A stretch of DNA of 64,000 nt, from NCBI RefSeq assembly GCF_006345805.1, contig NC_043001.1, positions 104,222,001-104,286,000 on the forward strand. The letters run 5' to 3'. Origin of the DNA: Octopus sinensis. Taxonomy: Eukaryota. The position numbers were made by a program, and so were the translations under genes. The notes under the pieces are model-generated. The model did not search any database, had not been told where the DNA came from, and worked only from the letters and a program-made list of their open reading frames with translations. Positions 35,141 through 45,991 of this stretch are shown in pieces (positions within the stretch are counted from its first letter, which is position 1; each line of letters starts with the position of its first letter).

Positions 35141-36399
35141 CTTGAATAGTAATGTGATAATTTACTAATTATTTATTATCAAATATTTAAAAAATATGTA
35201 TTTAACTTTTACCTGATTCATTAGACTGTGGCCATGCTGGGGTACTGCCTTGAAGAAGTTTTTTTGTCAATTGATTCAACCCCAGTAATTTTTTTTTTTT
35301 AATCTGGAACTTATTTTATCAATCAGTTTTATACACACACACACACACACACACGACAGTTTCCGTCTTTGGTCAACCTGAAACTATGGTAGAAAATGCT
35401 TGCCGAAAGTGCCAAGCAGTAGGACTGAACCCAGAACCATATGGTTGGGAAGCGAGCTTCTTACCACAGAGCCACGCCTGTGCTTAGGCTACCAAAAGCA
35501 CATCGACCTTTTATTATTGTATCGAGAATGAGTATTGGTGAGAGACAGGCGCACACACACATATGCTGCACTTTGCTTCAAAGAAATAAAAAATATATCA
35601 GTGCAGGACACTGAAATAAACAATTCTTATCTTCTAAATATCCTCCCCTTTTTTAACTTGGTTCAAAGAGATCTAATAGCCGTAAAACCTCTCTGTGACT
35701 TTCCTCTAGTAATTAATTTAAATAACGGCTAATTCCATTTAAATGGTTTTTATTTTCCAAACATTTCAGTTAGAGTTATCTCTCTTGATTGTTTTCAGAT
35801 TTTAAAGCCACTTCTGTGGAAGTTTTTCTCTATAAATTGCATGGATAATCTCAATTAATTGGAAGTCTTGCAACACGTTTCAGTGAGAACCTTCCCTGTG
35901 TGATTTGGCAGGGCGAGTAATCACAGGGAGCCAACTTCGTTTGTTCATAAGATGAAGGCCCGAGGGTCGCTGACCAAGCAGATCTGGCCAAAAAGGCATT
36001 CCTGCCGTGATTATTTTAACTTTTTTGTTTTGGTTACATTATGCAATGACTCTTTTAAAACAATGGTATGATTTGAGGGAGATTTGGCTACAATTTCTCA
36101 CAGGTGAGTGCTTTTATCAAGTTGGAGACATTAGGTTATCTCCCTTGAACAAAACCTTTCCCATAAGGCCAGACCCCAACAAGCTGGCAGAATCGTCAGC
36201 GCATCGGACAAAGTGCCTGACAGCATTTCTTTCAGTTCTGTAGCCGAGTTTAACTTCGTCTTTCATCTTTTCAGGATCAATGAAATAAGGATCAGTTGAA
36301 TACAGAGATCAATGCAATTGATTTACCCCTCTCCAGCCCTGTAAGGCTTTTCATCCAGATGTCCACTCCAATACAAAACCTACAGCTTGCCAGTCACTA

Positions 36400-37740
36400 T
36401 GGTTATCTTAGCCCACTGACCCACTGTGGTCAGACCCCCAAGTCTAAAGAGTGGGGTCAGACTGCACAGACTTACTTTCGCTATAAAACTACTAAACGCA
36501 GATAGGAAGCAAAATTCTGCTGCAATGGAGAACAGACAAAAACAACAGGTTCTGGACGGAGCAAGCTAAATGCTATACTTGTCTGGACAAACCAAGGCTG
36601 ACCCAAGGCAGTCTGGAGTTGGCTTTATGATAAACACCACCATTGGCTCTTGGCTTGAGAGCCTGCTCATCGGCCACTCTGACCGTATTGTGTCTCTACA
36701 GCTCCCTCACAGGACAACCAGTATACAACTACCATTAGCATTTAGGCTCGAACCCTTCAGGCTGATCCAGCTACAAAGGAATTGTTCAATAGTGAACTGA
36801 GATCCCTCCTCCAAAAGACCAGCAGTAGGGACAGGATCATCATTGAGGGTGATTTCAAAGGTCAGCAAGAACAACACCATATTGCCTGGAGTACTTGGTC
36901 AACTTACATTGGCAGCTCCAACAATGGTGAATGACTGCTGCTTGTGAATTCTGCACTAAGCATGGTCTCGTCATCACCAAGGCTCAGTTTCAGCAGGAGA
37001 AACAGTTGAAGGGATTCTGGAGAAAACCTTATTCAAAACACTGGTACCTGCTGGACAACATCCTGGTGTGGCAGACAGATACAAAGGACGTGCACCAGAC
37101 CTGAGTGGACATGCCAAGTGCAGACAGCTACAGATGACAGATCATCATCATCGTTTAATGTCCATTTTCCGTGCTAGCACAGGCTGGACGGTTCAACCGG
37201 GATCTGGGAAGCCAGGAGGCTGCACTAGGCTCCAGTCTGATCTGGCAGTGTTTCTACAGAGTGATACCCTTCCTAACGCCAACCACCCCGTGAGTGTAGT
37301 GGGTGCTTTTTACGTGCCACCGACACAGGTGCCAGGGGATGCTGGCAGTGGCCATGATCGGTTGGTGCTTTTTACATGCCACTGGCACGGTTCATGCAAA
37401 AGTCCATCAAGCCTGTTGGGAAGAAGAAAGGTTATCTAACGAAGAAACTGCAAATCAACAGACTTCCACGACTGTAGGAAGAGTTTCAGTCAAGCTTGGA
37501 CAGTAAGCTTTTGAACATCAAAGTAGCTGAAAGAGACCCAGAGAAGCTCTGGCAAAACTTGAAGACTACAATAAAGGAACCAACAGCCGATGGTGTGGGC
37601 TTCTCATTAAGAACACCCTGACCTTGTATTCTGTGTTATAAATGAATGATTACTTGTAGCAAAGAGAACCAAAGAAAGAATACAGAGAGAAGAGACGAGG
37701 TCAGGTTCTTATAACAATGTTGTGGTTGACAGACAAAATG
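36400..37740 (+). mobile_element. Decayed RTE LINE endonuclease region, interrupted by an RTE-tail element (37140-37400, minus)
   Basis: RQSGVGFMI, IGHSDRIVSLQLP, DRIIIEGDF and HWYLLDNILV-like APE endonuclease motifs with frameshifts. Confidence 0.7.
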
Positions 37741-37892
37741 CCCAAAGGATCAGGACACAGAGTCAGTGATATGCTGTGTGACAGGAGGGTCTAATACATC
37801 CCATGACAATAGAAAAGGTGTTGGCATTCAAAATACGTATATATTAAGAGAAGTAAATTTTGTCAGGATCTATGGATCAAGGGGTCACTTAC

Positions 37893-37974
37893 CAATGTAT
37901 TGCTTGAAGGAGAAATCAATTCGGGCAGCAGATTTTTCTCATCAGGAACATTCACCTTGCTAATGTCTATTGTC
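37893..37974 (-). CDS. SCYL2: SCYL2 exon (K-TIDISKVNVPDEKNLLPELISPSSNTL)
   Basis: tttgttttttag|G acceptor, TTG|gtaagt donor, 82 nt, phase 2 to 0. KTIDI corresponds to human KSLDI and supplies the required phase change. Confidence 0.9.
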
Positions 37975-38045
37975 CTAAAAAACAAAGTAGGAACCAGTAT
38001 AAATAGTGATCAGAACAGAAACAGCTCTCTCTCTCACTACATATA

Positions 38046-39333
38046 CGAGGGACGTTCAATAAGTAATGCCTCTGACCCACTTGCAGTTGTTTGATCTAGC
38101 TGAAATTTTGCATGTGCAATCATTTATATCTCTATAGAGTAAGTGGCAAATTACAGCTCTGAATTAATTGTGGTTTCTGATTTACAGGTGTTTGAACCGA
38201 GTCAAGTGTGAAATGGAGCCTGTTGAGTGTCGAGCAGTGATCCGGTTTTTGTATTTGAAAGGACGCACACCAAGGGAGACTTTTGATGAAATGAAAGTAA
38301 CTTATGGTGATGATGCCCCATCATATGACCTTGTAAAACGCTGGCATTGTGAATTCAAACATGGTTGGAACTCTGTGGAAACAGCTCCCAGATCTGGTCA
38401 CCCCCTTCTGCCATTGATGAGGCATCTGTCCGTCAAGTTGAGGCTGCCATTTTGGAAGATCGACGCATAATTATTCGCGAAATAGCCCATGAGGTCAAGA
38501 TTAGTACCGGGTCTGTGGAAACTATCATTCATGACCATTTGCATATGCAAAAGGTGTCTGCCAGATGGATTCCCAGGTTGCTCACGCCTTTCCAGAAGCA
38601 AGAACGCGTCGAGTGCTCGAGGGTGAATTTGGAGATGTGCCAAGAAGATGAGTCAAAATTTTTCAAAAGACTGATTACACAGGATGAAACCTGGGTCCAT
38701 CACGATGATCCAGAGACCAAAGCCCAGTCAATGCAGTGGAAGCACCGTGACTCACCCCCTCCAAAGAAGGCAAGAGTGCAGCCCTCCGCTGGCAAGGTCA
38801 TGCTCACAGTCTTCTGGGACCAGGACGGAGTAGTGATGACAGATTTCCTGGCAAAGGGTACCACAATTGCAGGAGCCTATTATGCTTCACTTTTGAGGAA
38901 ATTAAGAGAAGTTATCAAAATCAAGAGGCGGGGCAAGATCAGCAAAGGCATCCTCCTCCTGCAGGACAACGCTCCGGTCCACAACTCGCTTGTCGCCAGA
39001 TCAGAAGCACAGGCGTATGGCTATGAACTCCCCATCCCCCCTACTTTCCTGACCTTGCACCCTCTGATTTTCACCTCTTCCCAATCATGAAGTTGTTTTT
39101 GAAAGGAAAGCGTTTCCCAGATGATGCAGCCTTGATTTCTGAAGTCACATTGAGGTTGGAGGACCAAGCTGGGTTCTTCTACAAAAACGGTGTCCAGAGC
39201 CACATCAAACGATGGGAGAAATGCGTAACTCTGGGTGGTTCCTATGTAGAAAAAGACTAATAACTGTGCCAAGTTTTGTTGCTCTACTTCTATGGGAAGT
39301 GGGTCAGAGGCATTACTTATTGAACGCCCCTCG
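38046..39333 (+). mobile_element. Full-length mariner transposon (1288 bp, DD34D, probably irritans/Hsmar2-like TIR type); transposase pseudogene 38213-39260
   Basis: 37-bp TIRs CGAGGG(A/G)CGTTCAATAAGTAATGCCTCTGACCCACTT (1 mismatch) and TA TSDs. Motifs WIPRLL, QDETW, QDNAPVH and PDLAPSDFHLF. Frameshifts near 38400 and 39035. Confidence 0.97.
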
Positions 39334-39441
39334 TATGTGTGTAAATTGTATATATGGGTGTGTATTCATCGTCATTTAACGTCCGCTTTCCATGCTGGCA
39401 TGGGTTGGACTATATACACATATATGTATGAATATGGGTTG

Positions 39442-39475
<34 letters not shown>

Positions 39476-39519
39476 GTAAGTGTATATATATATATATATA
39501 TATGTATAACAATTTAGCG

Positions 39520-40400
39520 AGGTGTAGACCTCTGGAGGTATGCTGTGACTGCAAAGACCTGGCAAATAAAGTGAGTCCCCAGCTGTAACTTACACCAGTG
39601 TCGCATAACCAGCCCACTCAAAAGTACCTTGGATCGTAGGGCGAAATGCCGTGCTTGAGGAGAAAACAGATTAATGTGGAGTCTTTATCAGCAGAAGTGT
39701 CCCCTCCAATGAGGAGTGATGGTCTCTTACAAAGAGGGTCTTCACTAACTTTGTTTCTGCAAAGTCTGTAGAGGTGCATATTTAACAAGAACCCAAAAGG
39801 CTCTGCTACAATTACAAAGACAGCAGGGCTGGCTGGTTGCACAATGAAGAGCACAAAGTCAGTGTGTCTTCTGTTCCTGGCAGTCATTTTGTAGCCGTTA
39901 TAAAACAGTGAGCGAACAACACTTTAAGTGATGGATAGATTTCAAAATCAAATGGAAATTGCAGTTGTGGCCAATGCCAGTATCACCTGATTGGCTCTTG
40001 TGCTAGTGGCACACAATAAGCACCATCCATGCGTGGGTCATTGCTTGTGTCACCTTACTGGGTCCCTGTACTTGTGACATATAAAAACCATCATCCGAAC
40101 GTTGATCGATGCCAGCCCTCTCCTCCCGATTGGTTCCTGTGCCGGTAGCACATAAAAAAGCACCATCCGAACCTGGCCGATGCCAATGCCACCTGACTGA
40201 TTCCTGTACTGGTAGCACATAAAAAGCACCCACTACACTATCGGAGTGGTTGGCATTAGGGAGGGCATCCAGCTGTAGAAACATTGCCAGATCAGATTGG
40301 AACAGCCTCTTGGCTAGCCAGTCCCCAGTCAAATTGTCCAACCCATGCCAGCATGGAAAGCGGACGTTAAGCGATGACGATGATGATGATAATGATGATG
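39520..40400 (+). mobile_element. RTE 3'-end / non-autonomous RTE-tail element; further copies at about 13162-13430(-), 26680-26915(+), 29065-29280(-), 32900-33085(+), 34410-34650(+), 45180-45830(+), 47195-47700(-), 49245-49570(-), 51510-52560(-), 53710-54305(+), 56560-56695(+), 61725-61895(+)
   Basis: Shared GAGTGGTTGGC.TTAGGAAGGGCATCCAGCTGTAGAAAC...CCAACCCATGC.AGCATGGAAA.CGGACGTTAAACGATGATGATG tail. Longer copies begin with RTE C-terminal coding sequence (GRGRTRKTWDEVVKHD). Confidence 0.88.
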
Positions 40401-40696
40401 GCAGCTTTTGTTGTTTGAAGGAATTGGGTGAACATAGCAAGAATGATAGTATCAGCCACAAGGTCAGCTGTCTCAGGCAGGTCACAGATGAAATACATTC
40501 GATGCCAGACAGAACAGAATTGGTGAACATCTAATTAAGTGACCAGGGAGTATGGGGCACGAGGAAGGTTGCAGTGCCATCAGAAGACGTGGAGTGTATT
40601 GTGTATGATTGGGTAAAAATTTATCACAGGACTCAATTCAGAAACGAGAAAGAGATCAAGAATGCTTGGTGTGCAAACGAGAAGATTAGTAATCTG

Positions 40697-40823
40697 CTAA
40701 CGAGGAGATTAATTAATGAATTAGCACCTTGGTAAGGTGCTAATAAGGAGATTCATTAATGAATTACTGCCTTGGTAATGTACTAATGAGGAGACTGATT
40801 AATGAATTACCATCTTGGTAATG
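40697..40823. repeat. 3 x 43-bp tandem repeat
   Basis: Units start at 40697, 40740 and 40783: CTAA(C/T)(G/A)AGGAGA(T/C)T(A/C/G)ATTAATGAATTA...CTTGGTAA. Confidence 0.9.
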
Positions 40824-41090
40824 CTTGTCTGTGGGTGGGGGCTCTGCCCTGTCAATCTTCTCCCCCCAACCACATTTCATCCCCTAACACTCATAAAGTA
40901 CTGGTGCTGATGCCATATAAAAGGCACCTAGTCACACTCTATAAAGTGGTTCATGTTAGGGAGGGCATCCAGCTGTAGAAACCATGCCAGGACAGGCAAT
41001 GGGACCTGGTGCAGCTACCCCACAGTTGGCCAGCTCCTGTCAAACCAGCCAGCCAATGCCAGCATGAACGAGGGAAGTTAAATAATAATA

Positions 41091-41224
41091 TACATTATTT
41101 ACATTTGATACATATTTGTCCTCATCTTTGTTGTTAACACATTTCAGCTGATATACTCTCCAGCCTTCTTCAGGTATCTTGGGGAAATTTCGAACCTGGG
41201 TTCTCATTCCTAAAGTATTTTCGA

Positions 41225-41269
<45 letters not shown>

Positions 41270-41277
41270 GATCATAT

Positions 41278-41315
<38 letters not shown>

Positions 41316-41487
41316 CATCGGAAAAAACCTTAGGTATGAGAACCCAGGTTCTAAATTTCCCCAAGACACCTGATGAAGACTGGAGGGTATATCAGCCGAA
41401 ACGTTGTGTTAACAACAAACAAGATGAGGACAAATATCAGTCAAAAGTAAATAATGTAAATAATTCCTCATCTCTTAATTATAGAAC
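41091..41487. mobile_element. Inverted pair of hammerhead-motif tails separated by (ATT)n/(AAT)n (Penelope-like inverted terminal arrangement)
   Basis: 41091-41265 is the reverse complement of about 41278-41462. Same family as 30667-31467. Confidence 0.85.
41365..41410 (+). ncRNA. Minimal type I hammerhead ribozyme motif
   Basis: Stem I GACAC/GTGTT; core CTGATGA; extra A; stem II GACTG/CAGCC (one mismatch); GAAA; palindromic AC-GT stem III; cleavage triplet GUU. Confidence 0.7.
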
Positions 41488-41952
41488 TGTATTAAATAAT
41501 AATGTTGATGGTGATGATGATGATGATGATGAATCAGTCCTCAAGCTCTGTACCAGCTGCATTGGTAAAGAATAACCTCAAGAACCAGGAAAAGTTATTG
41601 ACTTTAAAATGACCGAGAATGATGAGAAGTGAGAGAGAGAAAGAGAGAGAGGGGGGAGGTAAAGTGAGAGAGATGTTTTGAATAGAGGAAAGAGAGAGAG
41701 AAAATTTGTTGGACGCCTACTGGCAGCAGATGGAGCAAGGAGAATGGTAAAGATAGCAGAAGAATGTAGAGGAATGAGGAAGCAATCTTGAAGCGAGAAT
41801 ACTTGCCAAGTGAAGATGGGTGATAATAGACACACAATGAAGTTAGAATATGATCCCAGGCATTGGTGAGGCATCGGGGAAGGAATTGTGTCTCGGAAAG
41901 AAAGAATTAATTAGGACCAATTAACAAAAAGCTATCCGTATTAATTACTTAC

Positions 41953-42053
41953 TTTTGTTCCTCTTGCATTGAATTCAACTGCTCCAGCTTTCCCTTCTGT
42001 TCATTTTCCACTTTGCTGATCATCTCCTTCACAATGGTAATATAGGCACTAAA
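41953..42053 (-). CDS. SCYL2: SCYL2 exon (FSAYITIVKEMISKVENEQKGKLEQLNSMQEEQ-K)
   Basis: ggttgcag|TTT and AA|gtaagt junctions. Homologous to human FNSFISVIKEMLNRLESEHKTKLEQLHIMQEQQ. Confidence 0.95.
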
Positions 42054-42206
42054 CTGCAACCAGAGCAAAAATAACAGACATCACACGGCTTTTCCTGCCT
42101 TTTCTTACTTCTACCAATACTAATATTCCTTACTACTACTACTACTGTTACTACTACTACTACTGTTACTACACGATCGACCAGATAAGTCATCGTCTAT
42201 TAATCT

Positions 42207-44079
42207 CTCAACTGTGAAATGATATTAAATGAGTGACTCAACACTAACCACTCAACTGTGAAGTGAGACTAGATGAGTGACTCAACAGTAACCACTCAAC
42301 TGTGAAGTAAGACTAGATGAGTGACTTAATACTAACCACTCAACTGTGAAGTGAGACTAAATGAGTGACTCAACACTAACCACTCAACTGTGAAGTGAGA
42401 CCAGATGAGTGACTCGACACTCACCACTCAACTGTGAAGTGAGACTAGACGAGTGACTCGACACTCGCTACTCAACTCTGAAGTGACCCTAGATGAGTGA
42501 CTCAATAGTAACCACTCAACTGTGAAGTAAGGCTAGATGAGTGACTCGACATCAACCACTCACCAGTGAAGCGAGACTAGATGAGTGACTCGACAGTAAC
42601 CACTCAACTGTGAAGTGAGACTAGATGAGTGGCTCAACACTCACCACTCAACTGTGAAGTGAGCCTAGATGAGTGACTCGACACTCACTATTCACCTGTG
42701 AAGCAAGACTAGATGAGTGACTCGACAGTAACCACTCAACTGTCAAGTGAGACTAGATGAGTGACTTGACACTCAACTGTGAAGTGAGGCTAGATGAGTG
42801 ACTTGACACTCAACTGTGAAGTGAGGCTAAATGAGTGACTCGACAGTAACCACTCACCTGTGAAGTGAGACTAGATGAGTGACTCGACATCAACTACTCA
42901 CCAGTGAAGCGAGACTAGATGAAATAATCGACATCAACCACTCACCTGTGAAGCGAGACTAGATGAGTGACTCGACACTAACCACTCAACTGTGAAGTGA
43001 GACTGGATGAGTGGCTCAACACTCACCACTCAACTGTGAAGTGAGCCTAGATGAGTGACTCGACAGTAACCACTCAACTGTGAAGTGAGACTGGATGAGT
43101 GGCTCAACACTCACCACTCAACTGTGAAGTGAGCCTAGATGAGTGACTCGACAGTAACTACTCACCTGTGAAGTGAGACTAGATGAGTGACTCAACACTC
43201 ACCACTCAACTGTGAAGTGAGCCTAGATGAGTGTCTCGATAGTAACCACTCAACTGTGAAGTGAGGCTAGATGAGTGATTCGACAGTAACCACTCACCTG
43301 TGAAGTGAGACTAGGTGAGTGACTCAACAGTAAACCACTCAACTGTGAAGTGAGACTAGATGAGCAACTCGACATCAACCACTCACCAGTGAAGTGAGAC
43401 TAGACGAGTGACCCGACACTCACCACTCAACTGTGAAGTGAGACTAGACGAGTGACTCAACACTCGCTACTCAACTCTGAAGTGAGCCTAGATGAGTGAC
43501 TCGATAGTAACCACTCACCTGTGAAGTGAGGCTAGATGAGTGACTCGACAGAAACCACTCACCTGTGAATTGAGACTAGATGAGTGACTCGACATCAACC
43601 ACTCACCTGTGAAGTGAGACTAGATGAGTGACTCGACATCAACCACTCACCTGTGAAGCGAGATTAGATGAGTGACTCGACAGTAACCACTCAACTGTAA
43701 AGTGAGACTACATGAGTGGCTCGACACTCACCACTCAACTGTGAAGTGAGACAAGACAAGTGACTCGACACTCACTACTCACCTGTGAAGCGAGACTAGA
43801 TGAGTGACTCGATAGTAACCACTCACCTGTGAAGCGAGACTAGATGAGTGACTCGACACTAACTACTCAACTGTGAAGTGAGACTAGATGAGTGACTCGA
43901 CATCAACCACTCACCTGTGAAGTGAGACTAGACGAGTGACTCGACACTCACCACTCAACTGTGAAGTGAGACTAGATGAGTGACTCGACACTCGCTACTC
44001 AACTCTGAAGGGAGGCTAGATGAGTGACTCGACAGTAACCACTCAACTGTGAAGTGAGACTAGACGAGTGACTCAACAC
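42207..44079. repeat. Minisatellite, about 43 copies of a 44-bp unit (CTCAACTGTGAAGTGAGACTAGATGAGTGACTCGACAGTAACCA), in SCYL2 intron 42054-44202
   Basis: Period 44 (e.g. 42291 to 42335), two 37-bp units near 42772-42845 and one 45-bp unit near 43331. No ORF. Confidence 0.97.
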
Positions 44080-44202
44080 AAAATTTGATAAATTGTTAAG
44101 TCTAATAATCTAATAAAAAATGTAATAAATTGTTCAATAAAACGATTGTTAACAGGTGTAAAATGAGTGGGAAAAGAGGTTTCACAAATAAAGTTTACTC
44201 AC

Positions 44203-44321
44203 CTGGTTCAGATTTAAATTATTTTCAATGCACAAAGGTACTAAGAATGGAATGATTTTTGTGGCCAGAATTTCTTTTGTAAATCCTAATTTTGGATGGG
44301 AAAATGTCACCTTCAGGATTC
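44203..44321 (-). CDS. SCYL2: SCYL2 exon (G-ILKVTFSHPKLGFTKEILATKIIPFLVPLCIENNLNLNQ)
   Basis: ctgtgcag|GA and CAG|gtgagt junctions, phase 1 to 0. The IENNLNLNQ motif is identical to human SCYL2. Confidence 0.95.
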
Positions 44322-45858
44322 CTGCACAGAAAAAATATTTGATTAGCCATTAGCTATACAATACAAACAAGAAAACTTTGATAAAAAAAAAAGAAAAAAT
44401 TCTTCGATTAGCTTCATCACAATATCCATATGACCACTAACTTTCATGTTATTCCAATTATCTCCGGTCGGGGGAACTGTTTGTAAATCATCACAGTCAC
44501 TGATTCTCTCAGTCAGACTTAAATTCCAAATCAGAAACAAATTAAAAAATAAATCCAATTCCTTGAAAATTTGTTCCACAAAGATGTTTAACCCTTAACC
44601 CTTTTGTTACTGTATTTATTTTGAGATGTTCTGTTTCTTTCAATTAATTTTAAATATAACAAAGAATTTAGTAAAATAACTTAGTTATCATTCAGCTAGT
44701 ATTAGGAACATAAATTGTGACAAAGGTTTGGTGGAAGATTTCAATTCAAAACTTATGAAAACAAGACTTTTGTAGTACAGAGCCAGGGGTAGTTTCAACC
44801 GGGTTGGTAATGTAAGGGTTAACTCTTTTCTGTTAAGTGGATGAGAGAGCATTTTCCTCCTGTATAGGATGATAACCTAATACAGGTAACTTTTCCCAGA
44901 AATATCGTTTCCCACAACTCAATCAACTGCAACATATACAAGCTAAATTATCTTTACAAAAGACTACACAAAATGTCTGAAATAATAGATGTAAATATCA
45001 CCATCACCATCATCATTTAATGTCCATTTTTCCATACTGGCAAGTCAGAAGACTGCACCAAGTTTCATTGTCTGCTTTCACATGGTCTCTATGGCCAGAT
45101 GTCCTTCCTAACACAATAAATTTCATTTGGTAACATTATTTATTACACCTCTTATAGACGCAATCTTTTCTTTTATTTTTCATAACTTGAAGGAATCCGG
45201 GGTAGAGGTAGAACCAGGAAGACATGGGATGAGGTGGTGAAGCATGACTTTTGAACATTGCGCCTCACACGGGCAATGACAAAAGACCGAGACCTCTGGA
45301 GATATGCTGTGATTGCGAAGACCCGACAAATAAAGTGAGTTCACAGCTGTAACCTACACCAGTGTTGCATAACCAGCCCACTCAAAAGTACCTTTGGATT
45401 GTAGGGCGACATGCTGTGCTTGAGGAGACCTGTTGAGTCAAGTACATCAAAATCAAATGGAAATTGTAGTTGTGATCCCCGTGCTGCTGGCACGTAAAAA
45501 GCACCATCCAAATGTGGCCAATGCCGCCGCCTTGACTGGCTTTTGCGCTAGTGACACGTAAAAAGCATCAACTGATTGTGGTCATTGCCAGCCTCCTCTG
45601 GCCCCTGTGCCAGTGATACATAAAAAGCACCCACTACACTCTCGGAGTGGTTGGCATTAGGAAGGGCATCCAGCTGTAGAAACTCTGCCAAATCAGACTG
45701 GAGCCTGGTGCAGCCATCTGGCTCACCAGTCCTCAGTCAAACCATCCAACCCATTCCAGCATGGAAAACAGATGTAAAACAACGACGACGATGATGATGA
45801 CGATGATAATGATGATGATGACGATAATCATGATGATGATATTCAAAGAGAAACCTAC

Positions 45859-45991
45859 CTAAAATACTCATAAGCACTCCAGGTTCTCGAGACGGTATTT
45901 GAGGCAGCAACGGAATCACTTCATCCAGCACGCACCATTTATCCATGTATTCCAGAAGTTTACCAATACACACAAGGCATCCAACTCGTAC
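45859..45991 (-). CDS. SCYL2: SCYL2 exon (VRVGCLVCIGKLLEYMDKWCVLDEVIPLLPQIPSREPGVLMSIL-G), HEAT repeat region
   Basis: ccctgcag|GTA and TAG|gtaggt junctions. Homologous to human VRVNSLVCLGKILEYLDKWFVLDDILPFLQQIPSKEPAVLMGILG. Confidence 0.97.

Noticed and set aside
35891-36007. H/ACA snoRNA, HDV-like or twister ribozyme call
   Set aside because: No H or ACA boxes in position, no room for HDV P3/P4, and no twister core. Kept only as an unclassified structured candidate.
42207-44079. CRISPR array
   Set aside because: The variable part is only a 4-8 nt cassette with a few recurring variants, not unique spacers. There are no cas genes, and the context is a eukaryotic intron.
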